A DNA stretch of 64,000 bases. Origin: Rebecca billardiae RCC1528. Taxonomy: Eukaryota > Protista > Haptophyta. The notes beneath the pieces were generated by a model. It saw only the letters and a program-made list of their open reading frames with translations, did not search any database and had not been told where the DNA came from. The stretch's first letter is position 1. Every line of letters starts with the position of its first letter. The stretch covers positions 620,001 through 684,000 of the forward strand of contig OZ251248.1 in NCBI GenBank assembly GCA_965240325.2. Reading direction: 5' to 3'. Both the position numbers and the translations under genes were made by a program. Shown piece by piece: positions 12,712 to 23,519 of the stretch.

Positions 12712-14954
12712 ATGGCGGTCCAGGTCACGCTGCCGCCGTGGGAGGCGGGTGGCGAGGAGCGGCGCGTCGGCGCGCGCGGCTTCCCGCGCGCGCCGTGCGA
12801 GGTGGTCTTCCTCCCCATCGCCGCGCCCGCGCGCGAGCCCTCGCTCGGCGCGCCCGCCGCCGCGCCCGCCGCCGCGCCCGCGGCGGAGGACGCGCCGGCG
12901 AAGCGCGCGCGCCTTCCGGGCGACGACCTGTACGCGCTGCTCGGGCTGGCGTCGCGGCGCTGGACGGCGACGCAGGAGGAGATCCGCGCGGCGTACCGCA
13001 AGGCCGTGCTGCGCTGCCACCCGGACAAGCGGCAGGAGCTCGCCGACGCGGGCGAGGCGGTGCTGGACGAGGAGGAGGCGAACCGGCAGTTCCGCGAGCT
13101 GCAGCACGCCTTCGAGACGCTCTCCGACCCGAAGCGGCGGCGCGAGTACGACTCGCAGGACGACTTCGACGGGGCGGTGCCCAAGGCGCCGCTGCCCGAC
13201 GGCGCCGACTTCTTCGCCACGTACGGCCCCGTCTTCGAGCGCTACTCGCGCTGGTCGGAGCGGCGGCCGGTGCCGCAGCTCGGCGACGGCGAGAGCGCGT
13301 TTGCCGACGTCGCGGCCTTCTACAACTTCTGGTTCGACTTCCGCTCGTGGCGCGTGTTCGCGCACGCGGACGAGCACGACGTGAGCGAGGCCGAGTTCCG
13401 CGAGGAGCGCCGCTGGATGGAGCGGCAGAACGAGAAGGCGCGCGCCTCGCTCAAGAAGGAGGAGAGCGCGCGCATCGCCAAGCTGGTCGAGGAGGCGTAC
13501 GGGCAGGACCCGCGCGTGCAGGCGCGCATCGCCAGGGAGAAGGCGGAGCGCGAGGCGGCGAAGCGCGAGGCGGCGGAGGCGGCGAGGCGGGGGGAGGCGG
13601 CGGCGCGCGAGGCCGAGGCCGCCGCGCGCGCCGCGGAGGAGGACGCGCGGCGCAGGCAGGCGGAGGAGGCGTCGCAGCGCAGGCGCGCCAAGGAGAAGGA
13701 GCGCGACGCGCTGCGCAAGGCGCGCGCACGCGTCAAGGCGCACGGCGCGGCGCTCGGCGCGGGGGACGCGGAGAGCGCCGCGGCGGTGGGCGAGCTGTGC
13801 GCGGAGCTGCCACTCGCGCCGCTCACCGCGCTCGCCGAGCGCCTCGACGCGTGCGCCGCCGACGCCGAGCGCGTGCGCGCCGAGCTGCGCTCGCACGCGC
13901 AAGCGCTCGCCCAGCGGCTGCGCGCAGAGGCGGAGGCGGCCGCGGCCGCGGCGTCGCCGCCGCCGCGCGCGGGCGCCGAGCCGCCCAGCGCCGCCGGCGC
14001 CAAGACCCGCGCGCTGAGCGAGGCGGAGCTCGCCCTCTTCCCCAAGGCGCTCATCAAGTTCCCCGCGGGCGTGCCTGCGCGCTGGGCCAAGGTGGCCGAG
14101 TTCCTCAACGAGGGGACGGGCGGCAGCCTCACCGAGAAGGCCGTGTCTGAGCACGTACGCGCACGTTGCGCGCACGCGCGCGCGCGCGCGCGCGTGCGCG
14201 CACGCGCCACACCCAGCCGCGGGGCGGGGGCAGGAGCGCGCGCCGGGGCAGCGCGTGGCGCCACCGCGCGGCGGCGCGCGCGAGGCGCTCACTCACGCGC
14301 TCGCTCGCGCCCTTCCCACCACCGGCTGCCGCTGCCGCTGCCGCTGCCGCTGCTGCCTGCTGCCTGCTGCTTCGCCCCGCCAGGTGAAGGCGAGCCGCAA
14401 GGGCCAGAGCGCGCCGGGCGCGCCGCGGCCGGCGGAGAAGGCGACGCCGCGCGCAGAGGCCGCCGCCAAGCCCGCGGCCGCGGCCGCTGCGCCGCCGAGC
14501 GCGTGCCGCCCGTCGGCGAGCGCCAACGGCTGGGAGGTGGTCGCGCCGGCCGCGCACAGCGCAGCCGGCGCGCAGCCCGCGCCGCCGCAGCCGGTCGCCA
14601 AGCAGCCGTCCGCGGGCAGCGCCGCGGGCGGCGGCGGCGGCGGCGGCAAGAGCGCGGACGAGCTCGCGGCGGCGGCGGGCGCGTGGAGCGCCGCGCAGCA
14701 GTCGGCGCTCGAGGCGGCGCTCAAGGCCATCCCGAAGAGCGCCGGCGCCGAGCGCTGGTCACTGATCGCCGAGGCCGTGCCAGGTGCGCGCGCGACGCGC
14801 GAGTCGCTCGCACGCACGCTGCGCGCTCTCGCGACTCACGCGCCGGTGCCGTGCGGCGCCTCGCGCACGTGCGGTGGGCGCAGGGAAGAACCGCTCCGAG
14901 TGCATCGCCCGCTTCAAGTACCTCGCCGCCACGCTCAACTCGAGCAAGCCGTGA
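12712..14954 (+). CDS. DNAJC2: Zuotin/DNAJC2 (MPP11) ribosome-associated J-protein with two SANT/Myb domains, 3 exons
   Basis: Exons 12712-14154, 14384-14783, 14884-14954. J domain (DLYALLGL...CHPDK...LSDPKRRREYDS), zuotin homology domain (FYNFWFDFRSWR...ERRWMERQN), SANT repeats (ALIKFPAGVPARWAKVAEFL; WSAAQQSALEAALK...ERWSLIAEAVPGKNRSECIARFK). Confidence 0.93.
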
Positions 14955-16150
14955 GGAGCCGCCTGCAATTGACTCAGACTGTCTCAGTGCTTATACCCCC
15001 GCCCCCTCTGGAGGCGGGCTGTCCACAGTGGAGTGGTGTCAAGGCACTAGGTGTCTCGGTCAGTGGTTTGAGGTTGGGTGAGGGTGGTGGTTGGTTGGGG
15101 GCTGGCCAGGGTAGGGCTGGAGGCTTCGGCCGCCAGTCTGATCACCCGGAGCCCGTTATAAATAAGGGGAATTTATTATCGCGAGGTACTGCGCCGATCC
15201 GCGTGGCGGAGATCCAGCGGCACGTGGCGGTGATCAAGCAGCCGCAACCGCATCAGATGACGTGCACGAACGGCCTCATGGAGAAGCTCGTACCACAAGC
15301 CTACCAGAAGCCATCCGCTCGCCGACTTGCCCGACGCCCCGACTACTACTCGCGCTGGCTGTCACCCGCGCCGCGCGCGGCTCGCGCCGGGCCATCGCGG
15401 AGGTGCGTGCCCGCCGGCGCGAGCTGCACAACACAACATGCACACCGACGCGAGCCGCTCGTACCACGTCGTGCCCGACGGGCCGTGCTCAGCGACGTCT
15501 GCAAGTCTACGCCATGCAGTCGGTTGTCACCCTGTGCAGCTCGCCACGCACCGCTGCACACCGGTGGACCATCCGCGGTGCGTGCCGTTGCCGCGCCGTC
15601 GTGCCCGAGCGGCCGTGCACAGCGACGACTGCATCGACGCGCGCCTCGCCGTGCGCCTCGGTGGGCTGCGTGCAGAACCGCGGTGGCGGTGCGGTGCCGC
15701 GCTACCGCGCCGCGCGCACACGCCTGCGTCGCGCCACGCGGAAATGGTCCCATCGTCGTCGGGTCTGCCGGCCCTACCAGTAAGGCAGTAACCAGCTTCT
15801 CCGTAGCGTCCTAGACGCGCTGTGTTCGACCAGCCCACCGGGACAAGGCCGCCAGGCCCCCGGCCGCGGTTTTACCTGTGTCCTTATGAATGGGTAAAGG
15901 GGTTAATTAACAGTGGAGGCCAATCTGGCCAATAAGAATGTGCCTTTCGTCGTGCGAAAGTTCGGAACACGATATTGAAGTTGACCCGCATGATTGTCGT
16001 CGTCATCATCGATACTCAAAGCGGGTACAGTTCATCATCAAATGTACTTTACAGCAATATTCATCTTTCAACCAGAGCGGGCGGCTCCCCGGCTCGGTCG
16101 CTCGCAGCGAGCGCGCCGCGCGCTCAGCGCCCGTCGTCGCCCTGGTGCCG

Positions 16151-19100
16151 ATGGCGATGGCCCTGGTCGGGATTGCCGTACTACTTCTCCCATCAAGCGC
16201 ACGTGTCACCACGCCCACATCGGCACGAAGCGCTGCACCGCTGCCGTTCCCAGTCTCTCCCTCGCCCGTATCCCCGCCGCCCGATGGCGATGGCGACGGC
16301 GACGCATCACTTCCATACTCGAGCGGAGGGCAGGGAAGAGACGATGGTGTGGTGAGCCAGACGAGCGACAATGGTGGCTTGCGTGGCACCTTTGTGAGAG
16401 GTGAGCACCCTCGCCAGTCAGCCGCTCGTCACGGGCGTATGCTGCATCTCGCAAACCTCGTGCCTACCGACACCAACTGCACGTGCATATCCGAGTGTTG
16501 GCAGTGTGGCTTCTTTGACGGGGCGCAGTGTCCGTGGGGCCGCAGCTGGTGCTACACTCAAGGCGACTTTGGGTATGCGCTGGTGGGCCATCCAGGAGGA
16601 TGTGGCATCACAGGCCAGATTGCCCAGATATGGTGGTGGGACCTATGCATTGAGCTGCCTGCCCGCGCGTTTGAGCCGCAGGGCGTGCTGGAGCGACTGG
16701 TTTACCCGTCTGCACACGACCTCATGAACAGCGGCGACATGGAGTACTACGCGCTAGCAGCCTCGCTGCCCTACTGCCTCAGTGGCATGGCTACCAATCC
16801 TACTGGCTGTCGCAGCGCTCTTCTGGCCTCAGAACCAGAGCATCACATCTTGACGGTGAGGGACTGGTCGTGCGGGGCGTGCGTGCGGATCAATCCAAAT
16901 GTGACCAGCGCAGTGAGCGGTTGTGCTTATTTCGTCGACCTTGCCATGGTGGCATATTACGACCCGGCCAAGCACACTGTTGTGCTTGCCTTCCAAGGGA
17001 CGAACTCGTTCGCCAACTCGTGGTGGGCCAATGTGGATTTGGCTGTGGGGTACCCATGGGCTCACCTGGGCAGCTCCTGGGGTTCAGTTGGGGTGCACAA
17101 TGGGTTCTACGAAGCATTCGAAGAGCTGCAAGGCGAGGTCTACGATGCGCTTGAGCAGATTCACGAGGAGGCATTGCAGTTTCACCACGAGCCAGCCGCT
17201 CTTGTTACTGTCGGTCACTCACTGGGTGGGGCAGTTGCTACTTTTGCAGCCTTTGATCTTGCAAGCCTGTGGGACGTGGGAGTTGCAGCACACTTTGCCA
17301 ACAGCACACCAGCATGTGATGGTGTGCTACCGTGTGCGCATGCCATGCCCTACACTGCCGACGGCACACGGCGCAGGCGTCCGTGGAATCTCCATCGCCC
17401 ATATGCAGTGACGTTTGGCCAGCCGAGAGTTGGCAACAGAGCTCTGGGAGTCAAGTATGCCATGCTGGTGACAGAGCATTACCGCTTCCTCAACCAGTAC
17501 GACTGGGTGGCAGACTATCCTAATCAACCATGGATGCACGTCCCTTCGACTGCTATCCACTTCCCTGCCGTGCGTGGTTCGCCTGAGGTCTTCAACAAGA
17601 CTGTCTGCACAGCTTTGGACTACTCAGTTTGTGTCTCGAAGGCAGGTGACGATGCTGACCCCCAAAACTGCACGACAAGCTCAGGAGCCACAGGAGTCGA
17701 TTGGTTATGGACATGGCGGTACGATGGGCATAGCAACTTCTGCGGGCTGGAGCACGAGATTGGAGACGAAGACACATATTGCACCAGTGCCTTCTCTCCC
17801 CCACCGCCAGCACGACCACCTGCTCCTGAGCCAAGGCGCCCACCTCCCTCCCCTCAGCCTGGGCTGCTGCCACTCCCACCAAGTCCACAGCCACCAGGCA
17901 TACCACCACACCAGCCGCCACCGGAGTCTGTGCCAACAGACCCCCCGCCTTCTGCACCACCAAGCGCTCTGCCTCTCTCTTCCCCAAGCTGGCCACCGAG
18001 CCCACCTCCACTTGCACCACCTATGCCACCGCAGCAGTCGTCAGCCCCCCACCAACCGCCGCATCCATCGCCAAGTCTGCCTCCAAGCCTGCCACCCAGC
18101 ATACAGCCGCTCTTGCCACCACTTTCTCCGCCGCCAATCTCGCCGCCGCCATCGCAACCGCCTGCGACGCATCCGCCAGACCAGCCGCAGCCACCACCTG
18201 CATCGCCGCCGCCACGCGCTCCAGCTGCCAGACCGCCGTCAGCACTACCACTCTCACCTCAGCCACCTTTGCCTCCGCCACTGTCGCCACCGCAACCGCC
18301 GCCGCGCCTCCCACCTGCCCCGCCGCCGAGCTCGCCGCCATCCCCCCTGCCCGCCAATCCACCGCACCCTCCACCCCATGCACCCCCAACGCCACCGTCG
18401 CCACCGCGCACTCAGCCGTTGCCGCCGCAGTGGCCACCAAGCGGGCCACCAAGATCACCGCCTGGCCTGCAGCCAAGCCTACCGCCAAGCCCACCGCTAT
18501 TTGCGCCCCCGCGCTCCCCACCACCGCTGTCGCCGCCATCGTTACCACCGGCTGCACCACCTGCAGTCCCACCCCTGCCACCAGCTGCATCGCCCCCACC
18601 CGACGCTCCACCGGCCCGCCCGCCGTGGGCACCACAGTTCTCACCTCAGCCCATGCTGCCGCCCTCGCAGCAGCCACTGTCTCCACCGCAACAGCCGTCG
18701 AGCCACCCACCTGTCTCGCCGCCGAGCTCGCCGCGATCGCCCCCACCCGCCAATCCGTCACATGTGCCACCCAGTGCACCGCCGCCACCGCCGCAGCCAC
18801 CGCTCACTGAGCAGTTTGCTCCGCAGCCACCCCCAAGTCATCAACCGCCAAGCTCATCCCCAAGCATGCCTCCGAACATGCCCCCGAACCCGCTGCCTTT
18901 CTCGTCACTACCGTCTCCAACAACCTCACATCATCCACCATCCTCTCCACCTGGAGCGCCCCCGTCAAGCCCGCAGCTGCCACCAACGCCCTTGTCTCAA
19001 AGCCCATCACCACCTCGCACTCCGCCGCATCAGCCGCCACAGCAGCCTTCTCCTTCGCCGATGCGGCCACCTGGCCCACCACCTACTCCGTCTCCGCAGC

Positions 19101-21289
19101 AGCCGCCAACGCCGCGTGTGCCGCCAAGCCCGAACCCCCCGCCGAACTTTGGGTGTACGGATCCGTCAGCGACCAACTACGACTCCAGGTCAACCGCGCA
19201 GGGCTCCGCGCAGTGCGTTTACGACGTGAGTGGCTGCACGGACACACACGCGCTCAACTACCTGTCGCCAGCGACCACGGACGATGGCAGCTGCTTTGTG
19301 GCGGTGTACGGCTGTATGGCATCGGCTGCGAGCAACTACGACCCGAGTGCAACCGTGCAGCCAGTGGCAGGGTCGTTGCTGGCGTGCGCCTTCCCCCTCC
19401 CTGGCTGCACAGACAGCTCTGCGCTAAACTACGCGTCGTACGCGACGGCGGACGATGGCTCGTGCATTGCAGCAGTGGCTGGATGCATGTCCAGCGTCGC
19501 AGCAAACTATGACCCCAGCGCCACGTTTCAGCCCAAGGGTGCGTGCACGTTTGTGCTCGGTGGGTGCACGGACAGCCGCGCGCTCAACTACGTCTCCCAG
19601 GCGGACGCCGATGACGATAGCTGCTTCGTGCCAGTGAATGGCTGTCTTGTGGAGTCGGCGTCCAACTACGACTCTCTTGCCAACGTGCAGACAGCCACCG
19701 ACGAGTGCGTGTACGAGCGCAGCGGCTGCACTGACTCGACCATGTACAACTACGTTGCCGCCGCCGCTGTGGACGATGGCAGGTGCATCCCTTATCCGCC
19801 CGAGGACTCAAGCCGGCGCCGCCGCGGGCGCCGGCTGGCGGACGTGGGCTGCACTGTGCCTGCAGCGCTCAACTACGACAGCTTGGCAACTTCGGACGAT
19901 GGCTCGTGCACATTTTCTTTTGCGGGCTGCGCTGACTCCGCCGCTGTCAACTACATCTCGGAGGCCACAGTGGATGACGGCAAGTGCGCTTATGGCGGCT
20001 GCTCTGACGCCGCAGCGACCAACTTCGACTCTAGCGCCACTGTGAACGATGGCACCTGCAAGTACAACGTGCCCGGCTGCACGTCCACGCTGGCTGACAA
20101 CTATGCGTCTGCAGCGAGCGTGGACGACGGCAGCTGCGTGCGCGCGGCATGCATCGACTCCACTGCGATCAACTTCGACTCCTTCGGTGCGCCGCGTGCC
20201 GTGGCGACATCGCGTCTGCGCACAGCGTTTCGCGCTTGCCCCCCCCCCCCCCCCCCAAGGCACGCGCGGCGCCGCTGTCCCACCACGCTTCACTCGCGCC
20301 ATGGCTCACTGCTTGGCGCGAGCTCCAGCGTGCTCGCAGGGACGACGAACGACGGCTCGTGCACATTTGCAGTCAAGGGCTGCACTGTCACTGATGCCAT
20401 CAACTATTTGCCAGCAGGTGCGTGCACGGGCGCTCTGGGCGCGCGCGCGCGCATGTCCGGTTCTGCCTTGCTCGTGCGCACCCGCCAGTTTCTGACGGAT
20501 GACAGCCCTGCTGCTGCCACCCCCTACCACCCCTGCCGCCCGCGCTGGTGGCCTTCGAATGTGCGCTCAGCCACCGTCGACGACTCAAGCTGCGTTCTGG
20601 GTGGCTGCACGCTCATATCCGCGTCCAATTACGACTCGCATGCCGACGTGAATGACGGCAGCTGCGTGCTTTCAGTCACCGGCTGTACGCACAGCGATGC
20701 AGCGAACTACCTCCCAGCAGCGACCGTCGACTCTGGCATGTGCCGCTTCGGTGGATGCACCGACTTGCAGTCCCCAGACTACACTTCGCTGGCCGTATTC
20801 GACGATGGCACTTGCTCTGATCAAGCAGTTGCCCCACCGCCGCCGAGCAGCGGCGCAGGAGTCAGCACGGATGGCGGCAGTGGCGACAGCACTGCCGCTA
20901 CCGACGACGAGGATGACGACGACGACGACTATGGTGGCAACGGCGGGCCACGCGACTCGCCATCTACATCGACCACACAGGCTGTGGGCGAAGCCCGAAA
21001 CATCGGCCTCTTCGTAGGGGTAGGCGTCGGCGCTCTGGCCCTCGCGTGCACCGCCAGTGGCCTCTTCCTCTGGTGGTACAAGCGCGGGCGCTGCTCTGCC
21101 GCTCGGGCAAGATCAATGAAAGCTGGGACCCTGCAGAGTACAGTGGCGGCAAGAAGCAGGTGGGGTGGGAAGTCGTTTTGGGGACTGGCACCCCCCGGAG
21201 TGCAGGACACCACTCTCGTCCACGTTGATCGCGCTGCCCGTCAGGTTGACGACGAGGCTATCAGCAGGCGCTATTCCACAGAGGCGTGA
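16151..21289 (+). CDS. Type I membrane protein: signal peptide, Cys/Trp module, class 3 lipase, Pro-rich stalk, GCTDxxAxNY repeats, TM; 3 exons
   Basis: Signal-like MAMALVGIAVLLLPSSA; lipase_3 motifs VLAFQGT, VHNGFYEAF, VGHSLGGAVA (~17213), TFGQPRVGN, DWVADYP; Pro/Ser-rich region ~17795-19145; about 20 GC(T/M)xxxAxNY...DDGxC repeats at ~19150-20820; TM IGLFVGVGVGALALACTASGLFLWWY. Introns 20187-20339 and 20418-20570. Confidence 0.85.
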   Translation: MAMALVGIAVLLLPSSARVTTPTSARSAAPLPFPVSPSPVSPPPDGDGDGDASLPYSSGGQGRDDGVVSQTSDNGGLRGTFVRGEHPRQSAARHGRMLHLANLVPTDTNCTCISECWQCGFFDGAQCPWGRSWCYTQGDFGYALVGHPGGCGITGQIAQIWWWDLCIELPARAFEPQGVLERLVYPSAHDLMNSGDMEYYALAASLPYCLSGMATNPTGCRSALLASEPEHHILTVRDWSCGACVRINPNVTSAVSGCAYFVDLAMVAYYDPAKHTVVLAFQGTNSFANSWWANVDLAVGYPWAHLGSSWGSVGVHNGFYEAFEELQGEVYDALEQIHEEALQFHHEPAALVTVGHSLGGAVATFAAFDLASLWDVGVAAHFANSTPACDGVLPCAHAMPYTADGTRRRRPWNLHRPYAVTFGQPRVGNRALGVKYAMLVTEHYRFLNQYDWVADYPNQPWMHVPSTAIHFPAVRGSPEVFNKTVCTALDYSVCVSKAGDDADPQNCTTSSGATGVDWLWTWRYDGHSNFCGLEHEIGDEDTYCTSAFSPPPPARPPAPEPRRPPPSPQPGLLPLPPSPQPPGIPPHQPPPESVPTDPPPSAPPSALPLSSPSWPPSPPPLAPPMPPQQSSAPHQPPHPSPSLPPSLPPSIQPLLPPLSPPPISPPPSQPPATHPPDQPQPPPASPPPRAPAARPPSALPLSPQPPLPPPLSPPQPPPRLPPAPPPSSPPSPLPANPPHPPPHAPPTPPSPPRTQPLPPQWPPSGPPRSPPGLQPSLPPSPPLFAPPRSPPPLSPPSLPPAAPPAVPPLPPAASPPPDAPPARPPWAPQFSPQPMLPPSQQPLSPPQQPSSHPPVSPPSSPRSPPPANPSHVPPSAPPPPPQPPLTEQFAPQPPPSHQPPSSSPSMPPNMPPNPLPFSSLPSPTTSHHPPSSPPGAPPSSPQLPPTPLSQSPSPPRTPPHQPPQQPSPSPMRPPGPPPTPSPQQPPTPRVPPSPNPPPNFGCTDPSATNYDSRSTAQGSAQCVYDVSGCTDTHALNYLSPATTDDGSCFVAVYGCMASAASNYDPSATVQPVAGSLLACAFPLPGCTDSSALNYASYATADDGSCIAAVAGCMSSVAANYDPSATFQPKGACTFVLGGCTDSRALNYVSQADADDDSCFVPVNGCLVESASNYDSLANVQTATDECVYERSGCTDSTMYNYVAAAAVDDGRCIPYPPEDSSRRRRGRRLADVGCTVPAALNYDSLATSDDGSCTFSFAGCADSAAVNYISEATVDDGKCAYGGCSDAAATNFDSSATVNDGTCKYNVPGCTSTLADNYASAASVDDGSCVRAACIDSTAINFDSFGAPRAVATSRLRTAFRACPPPPPPRHARRRCPTTLHSRHGSLLGASSSVLAGTTNDGSCTFAVKGCTVTDAINYLPAGACTGALGARARMSGSALLVRTRQFLTDDSPAAATPYHPCRPRWWPSNVRSATVDDSSCVLGGCTLISASNYDSHADVNDGSCVLSVTGCTHSDAANYLPAATVDSGMCRFGGCTDLQSPDYTSLAVFDDGTCSDQAVAPPPPSSGAGVSTDGGSGDSTAATDDEDDDDDDYGGNGGPRDSPSTSTTQAVGEARNIGLFVGVGVGALALACTASGLFLWWYKRGRCSAARARSMKAGTLQSTVAARSRWGGKSFWGLAPPGVQDTTLVHVDRAARQVDDEAISRRYSTEA

Positions 21290-23480
21290 CAGTGACGAGT
21301 GTGACGACGATGACGACGCGACATGCATTCTTGCGCCTAAGATGAATAACGAGTGCTGGTCCGAGGCGGTGACGATGAGTCAGCGTCCGTGGCAGCAGCA
21401 CGACCGGACTCACACCACAACGATTGCCGGGTGGGCGGGTGGGCAGTTTTCGTGAATTCTCAAACGAAAGAACGAGTACCCACATAGACACACGAACTTA
21501 ACAGCCGTGCAAAACGCACGCAGATGCCCGTTCTTCGGCAAAGAAAGGGGAGCCGAGCGGTACAAGCCGTACAAGTGATGAAAGTACGTACTTCGTTGCG
21601 CAGGCGGCGCGGGATCGCGCGGGCCCGCGGCGAATTGGAAACACCGAAAGACGGGCAGAGGCCGCGAAGGCGGCCAAAAGTTGGGTTGTGGGCGATTGCG
21701 GGGCGAGCGGTCTTGCGACCGCTAACGTCGCATCGCACGGGGCGCGTGCGGCCGTGCAGCTGGGAAGTGGTCTGGAGCGCCATCAGAGACGTGAACTAAG
21801 AGTAGCCAGCGTCGCTCGCTGCTACCTTGCCGCCTCTGGTCAGTGCGCGCGCCCACGCTGCCAATCGGCGAGCAGCGGGCGCCGCCGATCGTGCTGCAGC
21901 CGTGTGAATGAGTGACACTGGACAGTCAACGAGGAGTGAGCGAGGGCTGCTGACGGTGTATAGCCCTACTCAGTTGCGCGCCATGCGGCCTCGAACGTCT
22001 GCGCAAGAGCTACAGCACGAGCCGTCGTAGCTTTTCAAAGCGTTCCGACTGGCGCAAGTCCATCCGTGGCCGAGCTCTCACGAGGAGCTGTAGGTGAGCG
22101 GGTTGCGAATACTGCCCTGAGCGCATCCCATGCGCACATCCTGCAACCAGCAATGCCGCATGAGCATGCAGACGTTTGAGGCATTATCCATCTGTGTCGC
22201 CGTCGCGTCGCGGGTGCGGCGGTTCCGCTGAAGGCTGTATGGCGCAGGCGGCCTCCTGGACGTGCGTGCTTGGACTGGTGGCGTACTTGTCGTGACTACG
22301 GGGGACAGCACATCGCGATTACATGTGTACATAGCCACGCCGAGCTGCACAGCGCGCCGCGCGTCCGCCCAGCAGTGCACCACGCTCTCATCTTGCGGCC
22401 CGCCGCCACACTGGGCCGCCGCTTTCCCGCGCGAGAGGCCAAGACTGTACCCAAGCGACGCTGGGTGACGGGGGGCACGGCGCAGTGGGACGCAACCAAT
22501 CAATCTGAGGCTGGCATGCCGCCTACACGGGCACGTCGGCAGCTACACCAGCGCGCACCGCGCAGGGCAGTGCCGCCCCCCCTCGCTCGTGAGGCTACCG
22601 CCGTGCGCCTGCCAGCCGCCCACCTTCGAGCCCCCCCGAAGCTCGGGGCTCGCGGTTTGCCCTGGCTTCGCGCAGTGGAGCGGGCAAAGCTTTGAGCCAG
22701 CTTGGAACTCCTAATCAAAGCGCTTGGCGGGAGCCTGAAAGAATTAACGTACTCCGATTACTTGGGGTACCCCAAGTAAGTTACTGGCTTAGAGTTCGGG
22801 TCTGAAATCCTGTTGTCGATTCTCACGAAAATTGCCTCCCTTCCCACCCGGCAATCGTTGTGGTGTCTGCTCCAATGACGGACCGACCGACTGCCTCGTC
22901 ATCAGCAGCAGTGACTCAATAAATATATATATATATAAACACGACGAATATATAGCAGTAATAATCAAAACTGCGCTTAACAGCAAATAATAACTACTTG
23001 CCACCTCGGCGGGCGGCGCGGGCGGGCGCGGCGCCGGCCGGCGCACCGTCAGCCCGCGCCCGTAGTGAGACGTGAGGCGCGCCGCCTAGGAGCAGTAGTC
23101 TCGTAGCTGTCCGGTAGCAGTCTCCGAGACGCATGCGCATCATCAGGATATGCTGTATACGCACTGAACACTCTCATCAGGCCGTGCGTCGAGGGCGGCA
23201 GTCAGCACCCAGCGGGAATCTGCTGGCCGTCGGCAGCCCGTCGATGGCGCAGCAGAGCAGCCGTGATGGGTGCAAGTCATGTATATATATTCGGCTTATT
23301 TGCGCCATATATGGCTGCGCGTGGAGAGCATAGCCGAGCAATAAGCAGGGGGTAGTATATATATATATGAGCAAGCAGTATAGACGTAGTTGCATGCAGC
23401 AGGCGGCGACAGCAGGCGTCGCGCGTCAGCCGCGTCACGCATCGTCACATACATATATCGTCGTCATATCAGATATATTA

Positions 23481-23481
<1 letters not shown>

Positions 23482-23516
<35 letters not shown>
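23482..23516. repeat. (TA)n microsatellite abutting an element start
   Basis: Read directly. Confidence 0.95.

Positions 23517-23519
<3 letters not shown>

Noticed and set aside
15040-15125. G/T-rich stretch as a telomeric repeat or G-quadruplex
   Set aside because: No regular repeat unit and the G-runs are irregular. Probably 3' UTR low-complexity sequence.
15938-16150. Upstream in-frame ATG extension of the lipase gene
   Set aside because: The signal peptide begins at 16151 and the extension looks like promoter or UTR sequence.
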